A stretch of 64,000 bases of DNA from an uncultured Pseudomonadota bacterium (GTDB taxonomy: Bacteria; Pseudomonadota; Alphaproteobacteria; RF32; CAG-239). The position numbers were made by a program, and so were the translations under genes. The number at the start of each line of letters is the position of its first letter. Position 1 is the first letter of the stretch. Positions 15,370 to 23,321 of the stretch are shown piece by piece. The stretch lies in NCBI GenBank assembly GCA_949289935.1, contig CASEQD010000005.1, positions 66,655-130,654 of the forward strand, written 5' to 3'. The notes beneath the pieces were generated by a model. The model was given only the letters and a program-made list of their open reading frames with translations. It had not been told where the DNA came from and searched no databases.

Positions 15370-16194
15370 ATGCGTGTGCTTCTTTCCGCCGGCAAAAAGG
15401 TATATTTTACCCTGCTGGCTTCTTCTTTTATGTTCCCAATACAAGCTTTCGCCCAGTGTGCGGAAACAGATTGCAATACGTTAGGCTACGATTCGACAAC
15501 ATCATGCGACAACGGCATCAAATGCCCTTTCGGCGAATACTGGGCTTGTCCCGAACCGGCCAAACCGGAAGGAGCAGTTCTCGGCCAGTGCACCGGCTAC
15601 GCAAAAAACTGCAAAATCGCTGATATTCTTTATTCTGACGGCACCTGTTCCGCTGATGTTGTCTCAAATAAAACTCCAGTCGGTGTTGTTGTTTATATCG
15701 GCGGGGACGGTTGCGGTCAGGCGCTGGCATTGGAAGGACTGGGAGAATATCCATGGTCAACAGAACATGTTGATATTCCGGATTTATTCAATTACAGCAG
15801 TGAACCAATCAATGACTTTTCCAATTGTGAGAATACCAAAACTGTTATTGATTACAGCTATAAACAATACGGAGACAGCGCTTATAAATATTACCCGGCG
15901 TTTTGGGAGGCATACAACTACGCCCCGTCAACCATGCTGGAAACGAAGGGTAAATGGTGTTTGCCGGCCGGCGGCGTATTAAACAGCATTTATCAGAACA
16001 AGACGGCTATTGATCAAAGCCTGACCAGAATAAACAAGCCCAATGTTGAGAGTGGCAGCAGTTGGTGGTGGTCGTCGTCCGAGGGCAATTATGGCTACGC
16101 GTGGCGCTGGTACGCGTCTTCGGGTAGGTTCAGCTACAGCTACAATTACAATAAGGGCATCAACAGCTATGTTCGCCCGGTGCTCGCTTTTTAA
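15370..16194 (+). CDS. secreted Cys-rich DUF1566/C-type-lectin-like protein, paralog P2
   Basis: I chose ATG 15370 after a GGAGG RBS. Signal peptide MRVLLSAGKKVYFTLLASSFMFPIQAFA|QC. The KGKWCLP..G.L, WWSSSE, YAW and VRPVLAF pattern resembles the DUF1566/Fib_succ signature (WRLP, YWSS, VRCV). Confidence 0.75.
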   Translation: MRVLLSAGKKVYFTLLASSFMFPIQAFAQCAETDCNTLGYDSTTSCDNGIKCPFGEYWACPEPAKPEGAVLGQCTGYAKNCKIADILYSDGTCSADVVSNKTPVGVVVYIGGDGCGQALALEGLGEYPWSTEHVDIPDLFNYSSEPINDFSNCENTKTVIDYSYKQYGDSAYKYYPAFWEAYNYAPSTMLETKGKWCLPAGGVLNSIYQNKTAIDQSLTRINKPNVESGSSWWWSSSEGNYGYAWRWYASSGRFSYSYNYNKGINSYVRPVLAF

Positions 16195-16199
16195 CCCGC

Positions 16200-16605
16200 C
16201 GTTTTTTTCCTTTCCGCCCGGAGTTGGAAAACTCCTCTGATTATTTTCCCTGAGGAGTTTTCCTCTTCCTCCCCCTGAGTATTCTCACCCTTTTCTCCTC
16301 CCCTGAGTAGGGGGAGACGGCCGAAGCCAAAAGCAACCAACGTTGCTTTTGGCAAGGAGACGCAATGAGACTTTTCTTTTGGAGGGAGTAACACGAACCG
16401 AACAAAAGAATTAGTCGGAATTGAAGAGGGGTATGATTCAAAACAAACTATCTGAATTGTTTTTCAACGACAGAGTCTGAATTGTTAGATTGTGAACAGG
16501 CGGCAGCCTGAGGAAACAATCGTTACAATTCAGTTGACCGAAGCAGCTTTGCAAGAAGGCGGGAGGGGTGTGAATCAATAAGACTTTTCCTGCTCGGGGG
16601 AGGGA
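16200..16605. repeat. mosaic repeat cluster R4 (CCTGAGTA units, H2 then H1 modules)
   Basis: The H2 copy spans 16313-16440, with the palindrome right arm replaced. The full H1 copy spans 16450-16560. GGGTATGATTC and GGGTGTGAATC motifs are present. Confidence 0.9.
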
Positions 16606-16696
16606 GACCTCATCCGCACAAGCTATTAATAATTTTTAAGTAAATCGGGGCTATGATAAAACAAATAGCAAAAGATAGTTGTGTCGGAATAAAATA

Positions 16697-17566
16697 ATGA
16701 AAATGATAAGGCCCATAGTAAACATCAGCAAAATTATCGCCGATTATGATGCGGTCATCACCGGATTTAACGGCGTTCTGACCGATGGTGGCGGCATAAA
16801 GAGCGAGGCTGTCGGCGCTTTGCTGGAAATAAAAAAGCAGGGCAAACACATCGTGCTGTGCTCCAACAGCGGCAGCCGTGTTTCGGAAATATGCGATTTT
16901 CTGATAGCAAACAAAGTGCCGTTGAAGTTGTTTGATGCTATTATTACGGCGGGAGAAATTTTGCATTACCGCTTGAAAAGCCGCAGCGGCGTATGTGCTT
17001 CGCTGGGGCGGAATTATGTCCGGCTGGGCGGCGGCGATGACAGCGTTTTTTCCATGTTGATGGATTATCAGCGGGTGCCGGACATTGCCCGTGCAGATTT
17101 TGTTTATATGAAAAATGTATCTGCGGCCGATGACATTATGGATAAATACCTGCCGGATTTGGAGCATGCCGCCAGTCTGGGGCTGCCTTTTGTCTGCGCC
17201 GGCAATGACACCTCCAGTTACAAAGACGGAAAAATCTGCCTTGCCCCCGGAGCTTTGGCGGAACAATACGGTGTTCTCGGCGGAACGGTCGTTACAGTCG
17301 GCAAACCCGATCCCGTTATCATGGCCTATTGTCTGGAAGCTTTGCCGCGCGAACTTTCCAAAGAAAAAATTCTGATAATTGGCGACAACATTGCCACAGA
17401 TATAAAAGGCGCCAATCTGGTTGGTTTGGACAGCGTGTTGGTTTCCAAGGGCGTCCATGTTAATTTTCTGGGAGAAGGCTATATTTCTGACGTGGCCAAA
17501 ACCCGCGAACTGGCAATGGGGCAGGATGCCTATCCTGATTTTGTTATTTCAAATCTGCGTTGGTAA
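16697..17566 (+). CDS. HAD-superfamily class IIA-like hydrolase (TIGR01459-like), nucleophile position apparently substituted
   Basis: C-terminal IGDNIATDIKGA motif and IIA-type layout. Where relatives have CDVWGVL this protein has TGFNGVL. I chose ATG 16697. Confidence 0.6.
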   Translation: MKMIRPIVNISKIIADYDAVITGFNGVLTDGGGIKSEAVGALLEIKKQGKHIVLCSNSGSRVSEICDFLIANKVPLKLFDAIITAGEILHYRLKSRSGVCASLGRNYVRLGGGDDSVFSMLMDYQRVPDIARADFVYMKNVSAADDIMDKYLPDLEHAASLGLPFVCAGNDTSSYKDGKICLAPGALAEQYGVLGGTVVTVGKPDPVIMAYCLEALPRELSKEKILIIGDNIATDIKGANLVGLDSVLVSKGVHVNFLGEGYISDVAKTRELAMGQDAYPDFVISNLRW

Positions 17567-17594
17567 ACCAGGACGCAGCAGTCAAATAACAAAA

Positions 17595-19418
17595 CTAAGA
17601 GCGGCGTTCCAGCTCGTCTTTAAGCATCTGAAGTTCAAGCCATTGGGTTTCTGCGGCATCAAGTTCTTCTTTCTTGGCGCTGAGGTTTTGCGTGAGCCGC
17701 TCAAATTTTTCCCGGTCGTCGATATATAAGTTTCCGTTGCCGAGTTCTTCTTCAATCTGGGAAATATCTTTTCCCAGTTCGGAAATTTTGCCGGGAAGAA
17801 TGTCCAGCAGTCGTTGCTGGTTGTAGCTGAGTCTGGCGGTTTTGGGCAAAACGGCGGATTCTCTCGTCGGTTTGGCTTTGTTGGGAGATTTTTCTTTTTT
17901 TGCGGCAGGTTTTGTTTCCGTGTTTCCGGAGAGCTTTCGTTCAAGGTCGGAATAGCTTCCCGGATATTCCGTAACGCTGCCGTTTCCGGGCATATAAAGC
18001 ACCGAAGTAACCGTTCTGTCCAAAAAATCGCGGTCATGGCTGACAATCAGCGCCGTCCCTTCATATTCGGCCAAAATTTCCTGTAACAGATCAATGGTGT
18101 CCATGTCCAGATCGTTGGTCGGTTCGTCCAATACCAGAAAATTTGACGGCTTGGCCAGGGCGACGGCCAGCGTCAGCCTGTTTTTTTCACCGCCGGAAAG
18201 AGCCGAAACCGGACACTGCGCCTGTTCGGGCTTAAACAGAAAATCTTTCAGATAAGCCACCACATGGCGGTACTGTCCCCGCACATAAATATGGTCGCCT
18301 TCGTTGCACAGGGTTTTCCATAAAGTTTTTTTGGGGTCAAGGGAAATCCGGTTCTGGTCAAAATAAGCTTCTTCCAGATTTTTTCCGATTCGCACAAAAC
18401 CGGAATCCGGTTCCAGACGTTTAGTCAGCAGCTTGACCAACGTGGTCTTTCCGGCGCCGTTCGGGCCGGCGATGCCGATTTTGTTGCCACGCATGACTTT
18501 TATGGAAAAATCTTTGACAATCGGCCGGCTGCCGAAATTTTTACAAACATGTTTTGCTTCAATAACCAGTCTGGAGCGTCCGGCGCTTTCCTCAATTTCC
18601 ATAGAAACGGAACCCGCCTGCTTAATCTGATTGCGGCGTTCTTCGCGCAGCTGCTGCAACCGGCGCAGACGTCCCATATTTCGTTTGCGGCGTGCGGTAA
18701 CGCCTTTGTGCAGCCATTCTGTTTCGGCTTCGATTTTTTTGTTCAGATATTTTTGCTCGGCAATTTCCTGATTAATAAGCTGTTCCTGCCATTCTTCAAA
18801 ATACCGGAAGCCTTTGTTGCAGCTGTGGAGCACGCCCCTGTCCAGCCAGAAAGTGGCGTCTGAAACATTTTTCAAAAACATCCTGTCGTGGCTGATGACA
18901 ATCACGGCGCCGGAAAAAGCTCCGATAATTTTCTCCAGTTTTTTGATTGTGGGCATATCCAAATGGTTTGTCGGTTCGTCGAGCAGCAGAATATCCGGAT
19001 TCACAATCAGCGCCCGCGCCAAAAAAGCCTTGCGCAGCTCGCCGCCGGAAGCTTTTCCCGGAATTTGTTCAGGGTTTATTTCAAGCTGTGCCGCCAGCAT
19101 ATCCGCGCGGTATTCCTGATCTTTTTCATCATCGGGAAGTCCTGAAAGGATGATGTCTTTCAGCGTTTGGCTGTTTCCGGCATCGGGTTCTTGCGGCATG
19201 TAGGAAACAACCGTGCCCGGCTGCACAAATTTTTCTCCCGCATCCGGTTCGACAAGGCCGGCAATCACTTTAAGCAGAGTCGATTTTCCCGAACCATTCC
19301 GCCCCACCAGCGAAATTTTGCTGCCGCGGTTGATATAAAATTCCACGTTGGAAAAAAGCTCTTTGGCCCCGAAGCGCAGCCTGGCGCCTTTGACGGTCAT
19401 AATCGGAGGTTCGGACAT
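17595..19418 (-). CDS. uup: ABC-F family ATPase Uup
   Basis: Two ABC cassettes (GRNGSGKST, GPNGAGKTT, LSGGE x2) with no TM domain. The C-terminal coiled-coil KLSYNQQRLLDILPGKI... matches Uup. Confidence 0.85.
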   Translation of the reverse strand: MSEPPIMTVKGARLRFGAKELFSNVEFYINRGSKISLVGRNGSGKSTLLKVIAGLVEPDAGEKFVQPGTVVSYMPQEPDAGNSQTLKDIILSGLPDDEKDQEYRADMLAAQLEINPEQIPGKASGGELRKAFLARALIVNPDILLLDEPTNHLDMPTIKKLEKIIGAFSGAVIVISHDRMFLKNVSDATFWLDRGVLHSCNKGFRYFEEWQEQLINQEIAEQKYLNKKIEAETEWLHKGVTARRKRNMGRLRRLQQLREERRNQIKQAGSVSMEIEESAGRSRLVIEAKHVCKNFGSRPIVKDFSIKVMRGNKIGIAGPNGAGKTTLVKLLTKRLEPDSGFVRIGKNLEEAYFDQNRISLDPKKTLWKTLCNEGDHIYVRGQYRHVVAYLKDFLFKPEQAQCPVSALSGGEKNRLTLAVALAKPSNFLVLDEPTNDLDMDTIDLLQEILAEYEGTALIVSHDRDFLDRTVTSVLYMPGNGSVTEYPGSYSDLERKLSGNTETKPAAKKEKSPNKAKPTRESAVLPKTARLSYNQQRLLDILPGKISELGKDISQIEEELGNGNLYIDDREKFERLTQNLSAKKEELDAAETQWLELQMLKDELERRS

Positions 19419-19436
19419 TTTAAAGTTCCGTTTTTC

Positions 19437-19856
19437 CTACAAATCGCCTTCAATGAGCTGAATGCCTTCAATTTCCCATTCCAGCCCTTTGGCCGCCCAG
19501 AGGAAAAAATCGTTGATTTTTTCGTTTTTGATGCCGGCATGCAGACCGATGTTGTAAATGGAGGCGACTTCTTCGTCGCTGAGCTCGTGGTTTGAAATGG
19601 CCACCAGAATCATTTCCCTGAGAATATAGCGCCTGACTCGCACGTTGCTGACTTTTGCAATCAGTTTATACATGTCTTCGGGAGTTCGGGCGGGTTTTAT
19701 TTTCTGCAATACGGATTCGTCCAGCCCCAAATCTTTAATCCGGCTGAGAACATAGCCGGTATTTTTGTCTTTGGAATCTTTCAGGTTAAGAATATACAGC
19801 AGACTGGCGATATAGACATTCCGCTCGGTAGCGTTTAGTTTCAAAAAGTTTGGCAC
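19437..19856 (-). CDS. hypothetical helical protein (TerB-like fold possible)
   Basis: 139 aa with a GTG start. Only a vague paired-helix pattern is visible and no firm motif. Confidence 0.4.
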   Translation of the reverse strand: MPNFLKLNATERNVYIASLLYILNLKDSKDKNTGYVLSRIKDLGLDESVLQKIKPARTPEDMYKLIAKVSNVRVRRYILREMILVAISNHELSDEEVASIYNIGLHAGIKNEKINDFFLWAAKGLEWEIEGIQLIEGDL

Positions 19857-19983
19857 GTTAAATTCTCTACAAATTGTTGCGACAAATCACTTATACATTA
19901 AAAATAAAGATTTGCAAAACAAAATATTGAAGATATAATGCGCCGTAATAAAAAAACAGTTTTAGAGAAAGAGGAAATTTTTC

Positions 19984-20391
19984 ATGCCTTTAAAAATTGA
20001 GCTTAAGCCCCACGAAAGCATTATTATCGGCGAAGCGTTGATTACCAACGACAACGAGCGGACCAGATTTTATATTGAGGGCAACATCCCCATTTTGCGC
20101 GAAAAGTTCATTTTGCGCGAAAAAGACGCCAACACGCCGAGCCGCCGGGTTTATTTTGTGGTGCAGCAGCTTTATCTCAGCCGCGGCAGCACTGATTTGC
20201 AAAACATGTACATTGAATTTGTCCGCGATTTGCAAAAAGCCGCGCCGAGCCTCATTCCTTACACGGCGGCGGTAACCGACGACATTTTGAAAGGCGATTA
20301 TTATGCCGCCATCAAAAATGCCAGCCGCCTGGTTGCCAAGGAAGACGAGCTTTTCGGAGAGGCGCTCAAAGGAGCCGTTCAGGCGGAATAA
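19984..20391 (+). CDS. flbT: flagellin synthesis regulator FlbT
   Basis: The N-terminus MPLKIELKPHESIIIGEALITN...RTRF.IEG is characteristic of alphaproteobacterial FlbT. It lies directly upstream of the flagellin genes. Confidence 0.85.
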   Translation: MPLKIELKPHESIIIGEALITNDNERTRFYIEGNIPILREKFILREKDANTPSRRVYFVVQQLYLSRGSTDLQNMYIEFVRDLQKAAPSLIPYTAAVTDDILKGDYYAAIKNASRLVAKEDELFGEALKGAVQAE

Positions 20392-20534
20392 CCCGGTTGT
20401 GGCAATAATGCAATATATTGATTTCAGGATAAAATATTTTTTTTAGGGTTGCGTCCGTAAAAAAAGTATGATATGATGACAATATGCTTCAGAAAGGAGC
20501 ATTTAGTTTAACCACAGTAATTGGGAGAAAAGCG

Positions 20535-21552
20535 ATGTCAGATATATCATTAACCGCAAGTATGCGGACAAACTTGTTGTCTTTGCAAAACACTCAGAGT
20601 TTAATGGATACAACTCAGGAGCGTTTGTCAACGGGTAAAAAAGTAAACTCAGCTATTGATAATCCGTCTTCATATTATACGGCGCAAAACCTGACCAACC
20701 GTGCCGGCGACCTGGAAGGCCTGTTCGTCGAACAGGCCAAGGCTGTTGCCAACACGGCTCGTGATTCGTCTATTAAAACCGAAGTATCCTCCACCGGTAC
20801 GTTTACGGCGCCGGGTACAGCCGCGGACATTACGGTAAAAGTCGGTGATAAGGAATATACCTACAATGTCCAAACGACTGATGATATTGATGCGGTAGTT
20901 GATGGTTTGAAAGACGAATTGGCCGGTGATGAAGGCTTTACCTTTGCCAACGTCGACGGACAGTTGGCCGTTCAGGTTGAAGCAGGAAAGGCTGTTGACA
21001 AATCAACGGTTTCCATCACTTCTGAAAACAAATTCGGTTTGGAAATGAGCGGATCAATTGATACGGCGTCTCGTATGAACTCCCTGAAACAGTTCAACGA
21101 TATTTTGGCTCAGATAGACCAGTTGGCGTCCGATGCGTCATATAAAGGCGTCAACCTGCTGAAAGGCGATGAGTTGAAAGTCATTTTCAACGAACGAAAT
21201 CAAAAGCGAAAAGACGGCGGATTCGGCAGGATTGGGCTTGACCGCTGTCGAGGGTGCTGACTGGATGGATGTTGGCGGTATTGATACCACCATCACCCAG
21301 GTCGAAAGCGCCATCAACACGTTGCGCGACATGGCCTCCGAGTTTGGTAACAACTACTCCATCGTCCAGACGCGTCAGGACTTTACTGAAAACCTGATTA
21401 ACGTTTTGGAAGAAGGTGCGGATGACCTGACCTTGGCGGATATGAACGAAGAGTCGGCAAACATGCTGGCGCTTCAGACCAGACAGCAGCTGGGTATTAA
21501 CGCCCTGAGCCTGGCTTCACAGGCGGCACAGTCGGTTCTGCAGTTGTTCTAA
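20535..21552 (+). pseudogene. flagellin paralog F1, disrupted (69-nt in-frame deletion in the N-terminal helix region plus 17-nt frameshifting deletion)
   Basis: The N-terminus MSDISLTASMRTNLLSLQNTQS... and C-terminus ...LSLASQAAQSVLQLF fall in two different frames (track ORFs 20484-21260 and 21232-21552). F1 lacks GACCGCAGCTCGTTTAT relative to F3, at about 21194. Confidence 0.75.
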
Positions 21553-21575
21553 GACAGCAAATGCTGATATGCGGG

Positions 21576-21613
21576 AAAGAGGCGGATTTTCTGCCTCTTT
21601 CTTTTTTTTTTTT
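21576..21613 (+). terminator. rho-independent terminator after F1
   Basis: AAAGAGGC...GCCTCTTT stem followed by a long T-run. Confidence 0.8.
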
Positions 21614-21789
21614 GCAAATTTTTTCTCATAAACAAAGCAAAGTTATGCACAGAACAGATTTTTCCGTTGCCAGATATTAATAAAATGTTAAAAATTAAGA
21701 AAAAAAGAATTTTTTGTTGTGAAAAAGCATATAGTTCAGAAAGGGCGAGTTGCTTTACATCCGTATGACGGACGAAGGAGAATATAAAC

Positions 21790-22911
21790 ATGTCAGACAT
21801 ATCATTAACTGCAAGTATGCGGACAAATCTGTTATCTTTGCAAAGCACGCAAAGCCTTATGGACAGGACTCAGGAACGGTTGTCAACCGGCAAAAAAGTA
21901 AACTCGGCCATTGATAACCCTTCGTCATATTATACGGCACAAAACCTGACCAACCGTGCCGGCGATTTGGAAGCTTTGCTTGACAGCATGGGGCAGGGCA
22001 TTCAGACCATTAAAGCCGCCAATGAAGGCATTGAATCCATTACGGCTTTCGTACAGCAGGCCAAGGCTGTTGCCAACACCGCCCGCGACACGGCGCTCAG
22101 CACTGAGGCTGAAAGCGCCGGCGTATATGTTCCGGAAGACGGCGAAATGGTAATTACCGTCGGTGATGAAACTTTAACCGCTACCATTGATGCCGGTACG
22201 GAAACGGGTATTGCCGAACTCGTTACCAAACTGGAGGGAGGCACGGCCGCGGGAACATCGGGCGGCGGTACGGCTTATGCGGATTTGAGCTTCACTATTG
22301 AACCAAATGCTGATGAAACGGGAATTATCATTAAAGCCAAAGATGGTGCGAAACTCAGCGGCTCTGCAACTATCAGCAATGGTATGGGGTTGACTCTGAG
22401 CGGTAAAATTGACACGACCGCCCGGGACAATTCCCTTGAACAGTATAATGACATCTTAAACCAGATTAACCAGCTGGCGAGCGATTCGTCTTACAAAGGT
22501 GTCAATCTCTTGAAAGAAGACGATTTGAAAGTCATTTTCAATGAAGACCGCAGTTCTTTTCTTGAAATTGAAGGCCGCGATGCAACGACTGAAGGCTTGG
22601 GGCTTGCTGCCGTAACCGACTGGTCGACGAATGAGCTGGTTGATACGACGATTGAAGAAGCGGAAGGCGCCATCAACACACTGCGCGAAATGGCTTCCGA
22701 GTTTGGTAACTACTATTCCATTGTCCAAACCCGCGAAGAGTTCACTGAAAATCTGGTTAATGTTTTGGAAGAAGGTTCAGATAAGCTGGTTTTGGCGGAT
22801 ATGAACGAAGAGTCGGCAAACATGTTGGCGCTCCAGACCAGACAGCAGCTGGGTATCAATGCCCTGAGTCTGGCTTCACAGGCGGCGCAGTCGGTTCTGC
22901 AACTGTTCTGA
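21790..22911 (+). CDS. flagellin, intact paralog F2
   Basis: 373 aa with complete conserved N-terminal (MSDISLTASMRTNLLSLQ...SFVQQAKAVANTARD) and C-terminal (...NMLALQTRQQLGINALSLASQAAQSVLQLF) helices and a unique central domain. Confidence 0.9.
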   Translation: MSDISLTASMRTNLLSLQSTQSLMDRTQERLSTGKKVNSAIDNPSSYYTAQNLTNRAGDLEALLDSMGQGIQTIKAANEGIESITAFVQQAKAVANTARDTALSTEAESAGVYVPEDGEMVITVGDETLTATIDAGTETGIAELVTKLEGGTAAGTSGGGTAYADLSFTIEPNADETGIIIKAKDGAKLSGSATISNGMGLTLSGKIDTTARDNSLEQYNDILNQINQLASDSSYKGVNLLKEDDLKVIFNEDRSSFLEIEGRDATTEGLGLAAVTDWSTNELVDTTIEEAEGAINTLREMASEFGNYYSIVQTREEFTENLVNVLEEGSDKLVLADMNEESANMLALQTRQQLGINALSLASQAAQSVLQLF

Positions 22912-22936
22912 TAAAATTTGTCTTAAAACAAAAAAA

Positions 22937-22966
22937 AGCAGGGCTCTTCCCCTGCTTTTTTGTTTT
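22937..22966 (+). terminator. rho-independent terminator after F2
   Basis: AGCAGGG-CTCTTC-CCCTGCT followed by TTTTTTG. Confidence 0.8.
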
Positions 22967-22989
22967 AGAAAATATTTTTTATTCTATTT

Positions 22990-23235
22990 TTTCTCTGAAT
23001 AGTTCTCCACTTTCTCTCCCTTGAGTAGCCTCTCTTTTTCTCCTCCCCTGAGTACATCCCTCTCATTCCCTCCCTGAGTAGCCTCTCTTTTTCTCCTCCC
23101 TGAGTAGGGCTTTCCCTTTCCTCTCCCCCTGAGTAGGGGGAGTTGGAGGGGGTATGATTCAAACCCAATCATCAGAATCTTTTTCGCCGACAGAAGTAAA
23201 ATTGCCGGATTGTAAAAATGACAATCAAACTCAAA
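22990..23235. repeat. mosaic repeat cluster R5 (five to six CCTGAGTA units + degenerate H1-like tail)
   Basis: The spacing between successive TGAGTA cores is 26-29 nt by my count. The cluster ends in CTCCCCC-TGAGTA-GGGGGAG hairpin + GGGGGTATGATTC. Confidence 0.9.
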
Positions 23236-23321
23236 CAAAATCAGCGCCGTAAAAAAATCTTCTTTATTTTTTTCGGACAATTGCTAATATATAAAAAACA
23301 AAAAACAGGGATAAAAAAATC

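Noticed and set aside
16220-16235. GGAGTT-GGAA-AACTCC hairpin 26 nt downstream of the P2 stop as a DGR homing (cruciform, GNRA-type loop) signal
   Set aside because: It is attractive given the DGR-like cassette. However, no equivalent hairpin occurs at the same position downstream of P1 or P3, and the stem is only 6 bp. I do not count it as supporting evidence.
19437-19856. The gene upstream of flbT as FlaF, the usual FlbT partner
   Set aside because: It is on the opposite strand. Its sequence (MPNFLKLNATERNVYIASLLYIL...) shows none of the FlaF pattern I know. No FlaF candidate is visible in the window.
22990-23160. CRISPR-array interpretation of the CCTGAGTA unit arrays
   Set aside because: There is no alternation of a conserved repeat with unique spacers. 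The whole ~27-nt unit is a degenerate pyrimidine tract, units are too short, and no cas genes or leader are present.
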